Shown: one piece after another, positions 39,950-53,235 of the stretch | Layout: each line of letters starts with the position of its first letter | Numbering within the stretch: the first letter of the stretch is position 1 | From: Octopus vulgaris | Taxonomy: Eukaryota | DNA: 64,000 nucleotides | Assembly: GCA_951406725.2 (NCBI GenBank) | Contig: OX597824.1 | Location: 85,560,001-85,624,000 of the forward strand | Reading direction: 5' to 3' | Notes under the pieces: generated by a model | What the model saw: the letters and a program-made list of their open reading frames with translations, nothing else | What the model was told of the DNA's origin: nothing | Database searches by the model: none | Program-made: the position numbers and the translations under genes

Positions 39950-41848
39950 AGTTAAATGTATCAAAAGAACTGATCACGAACAAGCAAACAAAAAGAAAAA
40001 CCGATCGAAAGAAAATGGATGTAATACGATTTGGAAATATAGAACAACATGGAAAAAAATATTTGCATAGAGATGTGTAAATAATCAAGCAAATCGATTT
40101 AAGTTGGGAAGAACTTTAAAAATAGAATGATAAAATATAATGAAATACATTAATGTAATAAACGTGTGTAACATATATCGCGGGCAATAAAAGATAGTGT
40201 TAAAAGAATAAAATCAAACAGCAGTTATTAAGTTATATAGGTCAAATGCGACGGTTGGAAGGATACATGTCAGGATTACAAAAAATACAGGATTACAAAA
40301 ATGCAGGTAAATTATCCAGTAAATTTCAAGTTATACTGAAAACAAGGAAGCAAATGTAAAGGTGAAAATGGCAATGCTAATGCCAACGCTATAATTTATC
40401 GTTTGGTGGCAAACGAAGAATGCCTACAAACAACTGAATAGTTCAGATTTCTGATTCAGGGTAGATTTATCTTGAAACATGATGAAATGTTTTTCATGTA
40501 AGTATAAAGGGTACTTGATAGAATTGCAGTAGGATCCATGCCTGTATAGGCTTGATTTTTCCAAGATAGACCTTTGGGTTTCGAAAAAAACTGAGAACCA
40601 GTTCCTTTTCATTGCTTGATATTTTTTTATCAACTCGTTGATGGACTTAATAAAGGATATTTAATGGAATTTTTGTGAAAATAAAATCCGTTTGCTATGA
40701 CTCCGTTTTTTTTTTATGTTGGGCTATAATCAATTTGGACCTTAGTTCCATAAACAACTTCTTTGATCGGGAAATTACCATTAAAGAGTCAGTTAACAGG
40801 ACCTTTTAAGTTCAACCTAGGATAGATACATATCCATTAGTTTTGTCGAGCTTACATTGAGCTGGTTAAGGGACAACGCAAAGATTTTGCAGCAAGACTA
40901 GCTAACCTTTAGTGTTTTGTTAAAAATTCTATACTTGGGAAAATGCTTAGATACTAAATGTTAAAATTCTCTCACAACATTAATCCTGACAGTCAAACTG
41001 TACGTAGGGTTGAACTGCAAAACTTTTCTAGTTTTAATTCCACGAGATAACTTGAAGTTGTTTTCACTTTCAACATAACAGATAGTCTTGGGGAAACTGT
41101 TATTGCTAAGGATGTCGTTGTAGTACGAAGAGGTATTGCTAAAAGCTGTCCTTTTCAAGTACAAAAGAGCAACTTACTTTCTTGTGTTACTATGTTCTTA
41201 ACTATGTTCGTTTCAACCCCTCCCGTTCTTGTTTTTATCGAAACATGTACGGCAATTGAAAGAAACTGGTTCTACCCTTTTTCAAACCCCAATGGTCTAT
41301 CTTAGAAAAAGCAAGCCCATACAGGCATGGATCCTACTGTAATTCTATCAAACGTCCGTTGTGCTCAAGTGAAAAATATCTTATCCTGTTTCAAGATAAA
41401 TCTGCCTTGAACAAAAAATCTAAACTATTGAACAGTTGCAAGCAGCTTTCGAAATTCTTAATTGCTACAAAACGATAAATTTTAGCATTGGCATTTCTTA
41501 CCTTTTTATTTGCTTCAATGTTTTAAGCATAACTTCGATTTTGTAGGATACTTTTTCTGTATTTTTTGTAATCATGACGTGTCCTTCCGACCGTCGCATT
41601 TGACCTATATAATTTTATAAGAGCTCTCTGATGATTTTATCCTTTTATCTTTTAACATGAACTTTTATCGATCACAGTATATTTTACATGTTTCGTTTCA
41701 TTTTGCCACATATATTTTTAAAATCATAACACCTAACTCGAATCGATTAGATTGATTGTTTACATATCTTTATGCACGTATACCGTTTTTCAGATCAGTT
41801 TTTCTACGTCTCTGTGTTCGTGGTTACCTCTTTCGTACATTTAACTCG
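39950..41848. mobile_element. Two diverged Penelope-like 3' ends in inverted orientation (39950-40617 minus; 41251-41848 plus)
   Basis: Long imperfect inverted repeat; translation SILEKSSLYRHGS..LHEKHFIMFQDKSTLNQKSELFSC resembles a PLE GIY-YIG C-terminus. Confidence 0.75.
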
Positions 41849-41891
<43 letters not shown>

Positions 41892-42032
41892 TAAATTCAT
41901 AAAAGTCAAATTATAAATGAAACCATTAAAAAATCACCAAAGACATACATACACACACCCAACCCGGGGGACCTAAAACTACGACCCATTGTAGCTGGCC
42001 CATCCTGTGAAACACACAGACTAAGTCTACTT

Positions 42033-43544
42033 ATGGAAATCCTCCTGAAACCCTTCCTTAAACATATCGATAGCCATATCAGAGATGACTTAGATATGTT
42101 AAACCACCTTCCAAAAAAAGCCAAGGAAGAAACAATCCTGGTTTCATTTGATGTAGTCAACTTGTATACCAGTATACCTCATAATTATGGACTGGAGGCA
42201 ATACAGTTCTGGTTAGACCAATTTCCGGAAGAAATACCAAAAAGGATCAGTAAAGAATTCATTACTAAATCAATTGAATTCATCCTACACAATAACCACT
42301 TCATGTTTGACAATACATTTTACCGTCAAAAATCCGGAATTGCTATGGGTACAAGGGCAGCACCAGTCATTGCGAACTTAACAATGGGATACATGGAAAT
42401 AATCATTTACCAGGAATCTTTATCAATCTTTGGAAACCCCCTCTCTCAATACATAAAAGAGAACTGGAAACGATTCTTGGACGATTGTTTTATTCTCTGG
42501 AATGAAAACACAGATAAACTCTTAAAATTTAAAAACCTATTGAACAGCATAAACCCAAATATACAGTTCACAATGGAATACAACCAAAAGGAGCTCCCGT
42601 TCTTGGATATACTAATTAAAAAAATTAACCTTAAAATAGAAACAGACATTTTCTACAAAGCCACAGACGCCAAACAATACCTTCTCTTTAATTCATGCCA
42701 CCCAAGACACACTAAAACAAACATCCCCTTCAACCTTGCAAGAAGGATATGCACAATAGTGTCAGAACAAAATACCAGGAACTTCAGACTGCAAGAATTC
42801 AAAAACACCTTAATTGACAGACATTACCCAGCTCAACTCATAGAGGATGGGATCAGACGTGCAACAGAAATCAACATAGAAACTTTAAGAAAAGTTCAAC
42901 ACAACAACACACCTTCCCCGAAAATACTACCTTACATATCTACATACAACCCCAGAAACAAAGAAGCTTTCACCATCATCACCCAGAATTTACCAATACT
43001 TCATAAAAACCCCAAATTAAAGGAAATTCTAAACATACACCAAATCATTAAAAGCTACAAACAGCCTAAATCACTTAAAAAGATTCTCACAAAGGCAAAA
43101 TTATCTTCTGAAATTACGGATGCAAAAGTAAAAAAATGTGGTAGATCGAACTGTGCAACATGTCCTAACCTACTAGAAGGATCAGAATTCTTCTTTAAAG
43201 AGGGACAGAAATTCAAGATCAAATCTAACTTTACTTGTGCCTCTGAAAACATAATTTATGTCATAAAATGCTCGGGCTGCCACCAAGACTACGTGGTGTC
43301 CACGGGACTATCACTCAGACGTAGATGCACACTGCATCGACAACAGATTGCATTCCCAGAATATAGAATGATACCTTTTAGTGAGCACATTGAGAAATGC
43401 GCAAAGCAACTACAACCACAATTTTTAATCTTTCCATTTTACCAATGTGCTTTCGGATCATCAACACAAATTAGACTAAACAAGGAAATATTCTTCATTG
43501 AAAAGTACAAACCCAGACTCAACTATCCAAACATAATAATATAG
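42033..43544 (+). CDS. Penelope-like reverse transcriptase + GIY-YIG endonuclease (N-terminally truncated)
   Basis: SFDVVNLYTSIP, GIAMGT, RFLDD, PFLDI, SCHP, CxxxxCxxC linker, NIIYVIKCSGC..YVV(G)STG, EH, EIFFIEKY..LN. Confidence 0.92.
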   Translation: MEILLKPFLKHIDSHIRDDLDMLNHLPKKAKEETILVSFDVVNLYTSIPHNYGLEAIQFWLDQFPEEIPKRISKEFITKSIEFILHNNHFMFDNTFYRQKSGIAMGTRAAPVIANLTMGYMEIIIYQESLSIFGNPLSQYIKENWKRFLDDCFILWNENTDKLLKFKNLLNSINPNIQFTMEYNQKELPFLDILIKKINLKIETDIFYKATDAKQYLLFNSCHPRHTKTNIPFNLARRICTIVSEQNTRNFRLQEFKNTLIDRHYPAQLIEDGIRRATEINIETLRKVQHNNTPSPKILPYISTYNPRNKEAFTIITQNLPILHKNPKLKEILNIHQIIKSYKQPKSLKKILTKAKLSSEITDAKVKKCGRSNCATCPNLLEGSEFFFKEGQKFKIKSNFTCASENIIYVIKCSGCHQDYVVSTGLSLRRRCTLHRQQIAFPEYRMIPFSEHIEKCAKQLQPQFLIFPFYQCAFGSSTQIRLNKEIFFIEKYKPRLNYPNIII

Positions 43545-43694
43545 AGAAATTCACACTAAGAGAAAAAGGGAAAAAAATTTTTTAAGCGATTATCTCCCTT
43601 ACACCGGAAGAAATCACGCACTACCTTCCCTTATTTAGAACTCTCCGTAGCAAAAAAACAAGGATAACGCTATTAAAGATAAACATTACGTCGC

Positions 43695-43733
43695 AAGAAA
43701 TTTGAAGAGCTAAATGCGAAACCGGTCTTTCTT
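43695..43733 (+). ncRNA. Hammerhead motif in Penelope 3' region (C3U, possibly inactivated)
   Basis: aagaaa-t TTGAAGA gc-taaat-gc GAAA ccgg TC tttctt. Confidence 0.7.
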
Positions 43734-43864
43734 TAAAAATTATAAAATTATGTCATTATAAGAAGGGAAAAAAATTTTTCCAATATTCTCCAGACATATT
43801 GACGCAAATATATATATTCTTTAACATTTAAGCCTTCTGTCGTTTTTTCACTCTTTACTATTTT

Positions 43865-43921
<57 letters not shown>

Positions 43922-44043
43922 TCACGGTTTTACCTTTATTTTACCAACTACTGTATACCTTATGGTTAAGACTATACATAGTGAGGTAATACGCCAGTAG
44001 TTCCTACGGATATATTTATCCCTTTCACAGTTGCATAACCGCT

Positions 44044-44149
<106 letters not shown>

Positions 44150-44408
44150 ATATTTATAACTCTTTTATAAGTTGAACAGCGTCTTCGAAGAATTGACTTG
44201 CTTGCCTTCGTCAGGCGATCTGATAAAACCAAATAAACTGAAACTTCGAAGTTACGGTTAACATTTCCCTTGTAAGTGTATATATACGTATATATATTTA
44301 TATATATAACTATGTGCTCTACTAAAAGTACTTAGTAATCCTTCAGTCTAATGTTAAATTATTATAATATATATATATCATGGCATAAAAACAAATACTA
44401 ATACACAC

Positions 44409-44464
<56 letters not shown>

Positions 44465-44633
44465 CATTGTGTACGCGTGTACAATGGTGGACGGGAAACA
44501 AAAGGTTTTTTTTTTCTTCTATACTCTGTCTTTCCTGACACGTAATTGCGAACAAACATCAAGTACTTGTCGAAATCTGATCCTGCTACATCTAGGCGAA
44601 TGCTTAGTTCTCTTTAAAAGTACAACCGCATGT

Positions 44634-45213
44634 GGTGGAGGCGCAATGGCCCAGTGGTTAGGGCAGCGGACTCGCGGTCATAGGATCGCGGTTTCGATTC
44701 CCAGACCGGGCGTTGTGAGTGTTTATTGACCGAAAACACCTAAAGTTCCACGAGGCTCCGGCAGGGGATGGTGGTGATCCCTGCTGTACTCTTTCGCCAC
44801 AACTTTCTCTCACTCTTACTTCCTGTTTCTGTTGTACCTGTATTTCAAAGGGCCGGCCTTGTCACTCTCTGTGTCACGCTGAATAACCCCGAGAACTACG
44901 TTAAGGCTACACGTGTCTGTGGAGTGCTCAGCCACTTACACGTTAATTTCACGAGCAGGCTGTTCCGTTGATTCGGATCAACCGGAACCTTCGTCGGCCC
45001 TTTGAAATTCAGGTACAACAGAAACAGGAAGTAAGAGTGAGAGAAAGTTGTGGTGAAAGAGTACAGCAGGGATCACCACCATCCCCTGCCGGAGCCTCGT
45101 GGAGCTTTGAGGTGTTTTCGCTCAATAAACACTCAACGCCCGGTCTGGGAATCGAAACCGCGATCCTACATCCGCGAGTCCGCTGCCCTAACCACTGGGC
45201 CATTGCGCCTCCA
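44634..45213. mobile_element. Tail-to-tail inverted pair of SINE B copies (44634-44995 plus; 44996-45213 minus)
   Basis: Both match 34236-34617. Confidence 0.92.
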
Positions 45214-45451
45214 TCTATTGAAATAGTTCGATGACGACCTTGTCATTATTGTGAGTTTGTAGTATGGAATCATGGATGAATCGGTGATTTACTGGGTAAG
45301 ATCTCATTTCAAACTGAAGTGGGCCACGTTGATTGCTATCTTTTAAATATATTTTTGATTTCATTTAGTTCGAAAGGAGAGATGTTAATTAAAACATCAT
45401 TAAATAGGATTAATTAGCTTATTTGGCAAAAAACGAAAATCAATATATAGA

Positions 45452-45972
45452 TGCAGGTGTAGCTGCACGGTAAGACATTTGCTTCCCAACCATATGGGTT
45501 CAGTCCTACTGCACGGACCCATGGGGAAGTGTCTTCTGCTATGGCCACAGGTTGACCAAAGCCTTATGAGTGAATTTGGTAGACGGAAACTGAAAAAAGC
45601 CAGTCGTATTTGTGTATGTGTATGTGTGTGTGTCTGTCTGTGTTTGTCCACGACCATTTGACAACCGATGTTGGTGTGTTTACGTCCTCGTCACTTAACG
45701 GTTCGGCGAAAGAGTTTGATAGAATAAGTATTCTTTTAAGGCGGCGAGCTGGCAGAAACGTTAGCACGCTGGGCGAAATGCTTTGCGGTATTTCGTCTGC
45801 CGTTACATTCTGAGTTCAATTTCCACCGAGGTTGACTTTGCCTTTCATCCTTTCGGGGTCGATAAATTAAGTACCAGTTACGCACTGGGGTCGATGTAAT
45901 CAACTTAATACATTTGTCTCTCTTTGTTTGTCCCCTCTATATTTAGCCCCTTGTGAGCAATAAAGAAATAAG
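45452..45972 (+). mobile_element. Diverged SINE C followed by SINE A (45737-45972)
   Basis: Sequence similarity to other copies. Confidence 0.85.
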
Positions 45973-46477
45973 AATAAATATTCTTTTGGTCACTACCCAA
46001 GATTCATGACCATAGGTAGGGGCCGGCACGAACATCGAATTGAAGATAACGAGTTTGGTTTTTACATCTACCTTCCTTCTTCTAATGACCGAATGCTGAA
46101 GCTGGTGCATTTCTGTACCAGCAGTTGCGATTCTTGCGTTTAATTCAGCCTCTTACATTCCATCACTCGTGAAAACGGCCCCAAGATACCTGATTCAGTC
46201 GAACACCACTCATATGTAGAGTACATTGCGCAGGTTTCCTCGAGTGATATTGTCGAGTCAAAGCTAGCTGACGAACAGTGGGATTTTCGCCCCGAGTGCA
46301 GCATAGCCGACAAATATTTACTCTGCGGCTGATCTTCCTGAAATCGTGAGAGTATACCTTATTATGAAAAGCAAAATTCCTACCTCCGTATTTTTTCGAA
46401 GTTCAGTCAGCTGTGGAAGTTACATTATTCTGCTACATTCAGTCAGCTGTGGAAGTTACATTATTCTGCTACATTAT

Positions 46478-46643
46478 AGGTGCAGGAGTGGGTGTGTGGT
46501 AAGTAGCTTGCTTACCAACCACATGGTTCCGGGTTCAGCCGCACTGCGTGGCACCTTGGGCAAGTGTCTTCTACTATAGCCTTGGGCCGACTAAAACCTT
46601 GTGAGTGGATTTGGTAGAGGGAAACTGAAAGAAGCCCGTCGTG

Positions 46644-46721
<78 letters not shown>

Positions 46722-46865
46722 CGTGCGTGTGTGTGTGTCTGTGTTTGTCCCCCAACATCACTTGAGAACCGATGCTGGTGTGTTTAGGTCTCCGTCACCT
46801 AGGCTTAGAATAAGTACAACATGGCCGTAGTCAAATGACTGAAACAAATAAAAGAATAAAAGAAT
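46478..46865 (+). mobile_element. SINE family C (internal deletions)
   Basis: Head, CORE-like box, (TA)(TG)n, tail. Confidence 0.88.
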
Positions 46866-47540
46866 AACTATATCTAACTCAGCCAACTAATTCTATTTAA
46901 TATAGTTTTAATTAAAACCAGTCTTTTTGAACTTGATCACGTTAAAATTAAAATTAAGAGACATATAAGGCTATATAAAATGATGATCTACCGAATAGTT
47001 CCAGCCACTTCTCAAAATGGGCAAGAACTTGTCATCTTGTAGCCCATATTTAGAACGCATAAATAACTTCAGTTTCTTAAGAAGAATTAACCAAAAATGT
47101 ATGAAAGTATTTGAATAAGAAAATATTTGTATTGGATTAGTAGTAACACAATTGTAGTCGAATATATAAAACGGAAATAAACTTTGAATAATGTTCTTTC
47201 TTTGAGAAAAATCGTTATTCCCAATGATGTATTGGATTTATGACGTATCTTTACCGATGTCATAGCAACTGCGCCCCTACAATGACGTTTTAAAGAAATT
47301 ATGCAACAGCTGACTGTATATGCAGTCTGTCTAGCTGTGAGCGTATGGATTAAAAATACATTTATGTACGTATGAATGCATTCATTGCTTAATGTTTCGT
47401 GAAAGAGCGTCGCTTAGTAGTTAGGCTATTCGGCCCACCATCGTAAGCTCGTGAGTTCAATTCCCGGCGGTGCGTTGTACCCTTCAGCAAGGCCCTTTAT
47501 TTTACGCTGCTCCAGCCCACTCAGATGGCAAAAATGAGTA

Positions 47541-48051
47541 CTGTAAATCCTCGTGTATAATCCGCATTTTTTCCCAAGATTTAAATGTCAAAATTCCCAG
47601 TGCGTACTATATACGAGGTTAAAAATGAAAAATATTTTCTAAGCAATGTCCGAGTCTCTATTTGCTGTCCGGCAATGTTTATTTAGACGCATTTTGTGAT
47701 GTCGGGCGCGAAAATACCTTAAGCTAAGCCTGAAAGCAATGAAGTCATAAAAGAATCATCCATAACTTGCAGTAAGCAACATTTATTAAACGTTATTACT
47801 GTTATTTCTTTATTTTCTTCAAATAAAATGCACAAAAAAGCTACACATTTGCATTACGTTATATATACAATAATAATAAAGGACGTTACCGTATACATTT
47901 TTACAAACCAAGGACGTTATATAGACCTCCCTGACTCAAGTTAGAGAAGGGGTGCGTATTATACACAAGGTTTAGGTTTTTCAGGGGTACAGTCCCTTAA
48001 AAATCACCTGCGTATTATACTCAAGGGCGGACTATACCCGAGGATTTACAG
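47541..48051. mobile_element. pogo/Tigger-like MITE inserted in a B-related SINE (47405-48182)
   Basis: TA|ctgtaaatcctcgtgtataatccgc ... gcggactatacccgaggatttacag|TA. Confidence 0.88.
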
Positions 48052-48817
48052 TAGCACCTTTAATTCAAAGGACCGGTCTTTTCACACTCTGTGTCATGCT
48101 GAATCTCCCTGAGAACTACGTTAAGGGTATGCGTATCTGTGGAGTGCTCAGCCACTTGTACGGCAGTTTCACGAACAGGCTGAGAGTTTAGTGCGTTGGT
48201 ACTTATCAAACTCTCGGACCTTGAGTCACTCTGTTACTTCTGTGTCTTCTGCTATAGCCTCGGGCCGACCAAAGCCTTGTGAGTGGATTTGGTAGACAGA
48301 AACTGAAAGAAGCCTGTCGTATATATGTATATATATATGTTCGTGTGTCTGTGTTTGTCCCTCTAGCATTGCTTGACAACCGATGCTGGTGTGTTTACGT
48401 CCCCGTCATTAGCGGTTCGGCAAAAGAGACCGATAGAATAAGTACTGGGCTTGATTGGATCAACTAGAATATTCGCCGTTTTAACCAACGGATTACCAAA
48501 GAGATTTCTTTCAATACTTCATTAGACAACTAAGAAAACTATGAGAAGGCTGGTTTGATAATATCAATGATGTGACATATCGCAATTTTGCTGCTTTTTA
48601 ATGAGACTAGAGAGTTCAAATCTTATTGCACAAGGTATATGCTTAAGAATGTGTATCAATATCCAGTCAACGCCAATAGAGAAATGTATATCTTGCCAAC
48701 GTCCAACATTTACCGAATACGCCCGTCTAATGTTTTCCTATGAAATATATCTATCTATTAAGTCACTTTACTCACTGACGATCTATTTAAAATATGAGTA
48801 TATGTAAGTTTTTATTA

Positions 48818-48922
48818 ATATTTACCAGAAGTAACAGAGTGACTCAAGGTCTGAGAGTTTGATAAGTACCAACGCACTAAACTCTCGGACTTTGAGTCAC
48901 TCTGTAACTTCTGCTAAATATT
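48818..48922. repeat. ~105-bp hairpin (mini-MITE); partial inverted copy at 48181-48242
   Basis: cagaagtaacagagtgactcaaggtctgagagttt / aaactctcggactttgagtcactctgtaacttctg. Confidence 0.85.
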
Positions 48923-48934
48923 AATCTATATACA

Positions 48935-49002
<68 letters not shown>

Positions 49003-49212
49003 TGTGTGTACATATAAACGCACTGTTTATCAAGTCAATGACTACATTTTAATTTTCCCTTGAAAAATAGCTGTCCAATGTTAGAAACCTCTAAATCTGG
49101 GCACCTTCAGACCTTTTCTATCCACAGGTGTTTTTTTTTACCCATATCTTATGCGCTATTACTTATACCTTTATCTTCTTCGAGATTTACCGTTCCAAAG
49201 AATATATATATA

Positions 49213-49417
49213 TCCTTTTACTTGTTTCAGTCATTTGACTGTGGCCATACTGGAGCACCGCCTTGAATCGAACAAATCAGTCCCAGAACTTATTCTTTAT
49301 AAGCCTAGTACTTATTCAATCGTACTCTTTTGCCGAACCGCTAAGTTACGGGGACGTAGACACACCAACATCGGTTGTCAAGTAATGGTGGGGGACAAAC
49401 ACACACACACACAAATA

Positions 49418-49466
<49 letters not shown>

Positions 49467-49467
49467 G

Positions 49468-49501
<34 letters not shown>

Positions 49502-49830
49502 GGAAGTATAACTCCAAACTTCATGAAAAAATTCAATTTAGTATTAAACTAAATTTCACAATATAAATATATAATATATATAAATTAGAGAAAAACCACT
49601 ATTATGTAATTCAAACAATGATAGACATAAACCAAATCATACAGAAAAAAAAATATTATAAAACATATAACTAGATCACAAAAAGTACCAAAAAAATGCA
49701 TAAAAATATATTGTTTATTCATTTTTTTGTACTTTTTGTGATCTAGTTATATGTTTTATAATATATTTTATTTTTCTTTATGATTTGGTTTATGTCTATC
49801 ATTATTTGAATCTCATAATAGTGGTTTTTC

Positions 49831-49874
<44 letters not shown>

Positions 49875-50030
49875 ACGGGCTCCTTTCAGTTTCCGTCTAC
49901 CAAATCCACCCACAAGGCTTTGGTTGGCCTGAGGCTATATAAAAGACACTTACCTAAGGTGCCACGTAGTGGGACTGAACTCGGAACCATGTGGTTGGAA
50001 AGCAAGCTTCTTACCACATAGCCACGCCTG
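49213..50030 (-). mobile_element. SINE C with a fold-back element (49584-49835) inserted in its internal (TA)n
   Basis: SINE halves on either side; ttagagaaaaaccactattatg... / ...cataatagtggtttttctctaa palindrome. Confidence 0.88.
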
Positions 50031-51049
50031 GTCCATGTCGTATCCCAGGTTCTTGTGGTCGTTAAATTGGATTGTGATAGGAAATTTCCAGCTAGTCATC
50101 TGAAGGCACACAAAGCAGTTTGAGAAGTAACCAGAACATTTCAGAAAATGCTTCAAGGTGTTAGAAGACGGTAGAGGATTTACCGGTTGCCAATAACGCA
50201 ACTTTCCCATTAACGTCGTCAGCAAAACAAATACAGGTTAAGTTCATTAAACATGTTTGACTTCCGGACTGATCGAATAAATATCTGCCAATACTGGGTT
50301 TGACTTAATCGACTGCTCTTTCCGCAGATGTAGGACCATTATGACTGCGTTAAAAATCAGTATTCTTATTCTTTCGTCAACCTCTCTCTCCATCTTTTCT
50401 TCTTCTTCTTCTTTTCTCCCTCACTGCATTAATTTTATTTACAATCTATCTCCCTCTTTTTTTCTCATATGTAACCTGCTTAAAAGGCGCGAGGAGGAGG
50501 AAAATGAAGATAATCGAAAAATCCTTAAAGAGTAGACATACGAAGAGTCACTCAATACTCAGGATTAGTCGAAACTGCTGCCCTATTTCAATAACAGATC
50601 TCGTACAGATTAACAAGGTAAGCCTTTGAAATATTAGCGGAGGATTGAAGAACTGAACATGATTTCTATTATTAGCTCCAGATACCAACGTCTGTCATAC
50701 AGGGCAACATCAACAGACCAATTTTAATAGCCTAATTCAGAAGTTCTCAACAATGAGAACGGCGGTGCATCAGCATGGCCGCAGCTCTGAACTGAAACTA
50801 GAAAAAAAAATGGCGGTAACGCTTTAGGAGGCAGTGAGGTAACATAATTAACTAACTAAATTTTACTTGCAGTAGTAATTATATTATACATGATAAAAAT
50901 AGTAATGGTTATTAAAATAAACTGAGATGTCATCAGGCACAGGGATGTTATTAACTTGCAACGTATAGAGTAAATTTTGTTTTTATCATTTCACTGTTAA
51001 AAACTTATACAATCCATTTTTAGAGTAAAATTTATAAATTATCGCCATA

Positions 51050-51454
51050 CTCTCTCTTTTACTTGTTTCAGTCATTTGACTGCGGCCATGCTGGAGCACC
51101 GCCTTTAGTCGAGCAAATCGACCCCGGGACTTATTCTTTGTTAGCCCAGTACTTATTCTATCGGTCTCTTTTGCCGAACCCCTGAAGGAGACATAAACAC
51201 ACCAGCATCGGTTGTTAAGCAATGCTAGGGGGACAAATACAGACACACAAACACACACATACATACATATATATATATATACATATATACGACAGGCTTC
51301 TTTCAGTTTCTGTCTACCAAATCCACTCACAAGGCATTGGTCGGTCCGGGGCTATAGCAGAAGACACTTGCCCAAGATGCCACGCAGTGGGAATGCACCC
51401 GGAACCATGTGGTTCGTAAGCAAGCTACTTACCACACAGCCACTCCTGCGCCTA
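51050..51454 (-). mobile_element. SINE family C
   Basis: Full-length match. Confidence 0.9.
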
Positions 51455-53043
51455 TGTTAAGTTAACTCCATGTTAAGTTAGTTTAGTCGTGATACCTCAC
51501 TCACCACTTAGGTGGGCCCCAAGCATATCAACTACTCAAAAGGTGGGGTGCTATAGAAAAAAAATGGTTAAAAATCACTGGTCTAATGTAATGACCTGTC
51601 ATCAGCTGTTCTGAGTGATTAATTTTCGTACCATTATAATTTCAGTATTTGTGACAGCTGTGCCAGCCATTATTAACGATGAATATGAACTACACCTCAC
51701 CTCGCCTTATATTTAATAGCAATTATGTTAACTTGTTAACTCTTCACAAATATATTAACAAAAATGAGAAATAGGCTAAGATTTATTTGTTGTTCTGACA
51801 GGCAGAAACATCAAGATTCAGAATTACAAAAAATGATATGGAAATTTGTGTTATCTCTTGCAAAAAAATGTTTTAATAAGGATTTATACAAAGAAAAATT
51901 TATCGACTGAAATTTCGATTCAGTTGATGGTTGATGGTCTTTAAAAGATATTGTCAACTATCAATGTAGAATGAGAGATTATAGGTAACGATAATAAAGT
52001 CTGGAATTAAATAGCCGTGATTCAGCGTATGTGGAATTACAGGATTAACGAGATGCAATGCACCGGTTAAAGTAAAGCAACATTTTAGAAAAGAATGGTA
52101 AATATTAGTCTTTTGCTCCATTTTTAATGACTTAATCAGAATAGGAATGACAGCACACGTGACTCTTTTCGGGGTCTCTGTGGTTGGTGGTGGGGAGGAG
52201 GGAAGAGGAGGTTACCGTCATACCGGAAACATTGCCCGAATACTTGCTGTAAAGTGGATAAAGATATCCATTGTCAGGGTTGGAAACTTAGGCAGTTTCT
52301 GCCTATCGAATTTCACTTATAAAACTTTGCTCGACTCGAGATTATTGTAGAAGATACTTCTCAAAGAAGATACTTCGCAATGAGATTGAGGCCGGAACAA
52401 TATAGCTACGAAACCGAATTGTTAACCACAGAGCTATACCCGAGGCTGTAACAAACAACCCTTGAACATTTTCCCTTCATATCGTGCAACTAAAAATTTT
52501 GGAATTCTTTTAAGCCCATTGCTCCATGGTCCACAATTAACCATGGAAAGATTTGAAATTGGCACTGTAACCGTGCAATGAATGTCTTCACAGCGCAGAG
52601 TTAAACTATCGGATGGCACTTATTTGCATCTATATAGACTGGGCTGTATAATTAATTCGACTAGTTATTTCTAATTGGACTTGTGTAATTATTGCTAATT
52701 GGTCTAGAGTAGTTTGAAATTTAAGTATCTTGAACATGAAGAAGACAGTGTCAAGTTGAGAAAGCAACATCACATAAACGGTGGACATCTCTGTCGACTG
52801 GTCGACACCGATTCGATTCAGCGTGACTATCAACACATTGTTACACAATGTGTATGTGTGTATATGTGTGTGCGTGTGTGTATGTATACATATATGTTTG
52901 TGTAATTGTGTGTGTATGAAGTTTGTTACATAATTTCTTGTTCCCTTGTTTATATAATTCCTTATTACACTCTGTACTCGAATAACGCTTTTTTTTCTTA
53001 AGTTTTAACACCATGTTATTAGTATCGCTACCCCTAAGCGAAA

Positions 53044-53099
<56 letters not shown>

Positions 53100-53235
53100 C
53101 GCGTGTGTATGTATTGGCTAAATATTCTCCTTTAGAAGAAACAGTTTTGTGCACTTAAATGTTTAAACTGAGCAGTTTTAACGGCATCGATCTCAGACGA
53201 CCTGCGAAGGTCATGCTCACTGCTTTTTGTTACTA

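Larger units (their letters stand above)
41895..43870 (+). mobile_element. 5'-truncated Penelope-like retroelement inserted in (TA)n
   Basis: Frame open from 41895 (IHK..LRPIVAGP); (TA)n on both sides; HHR in 3' region. Confidence 0.92.
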
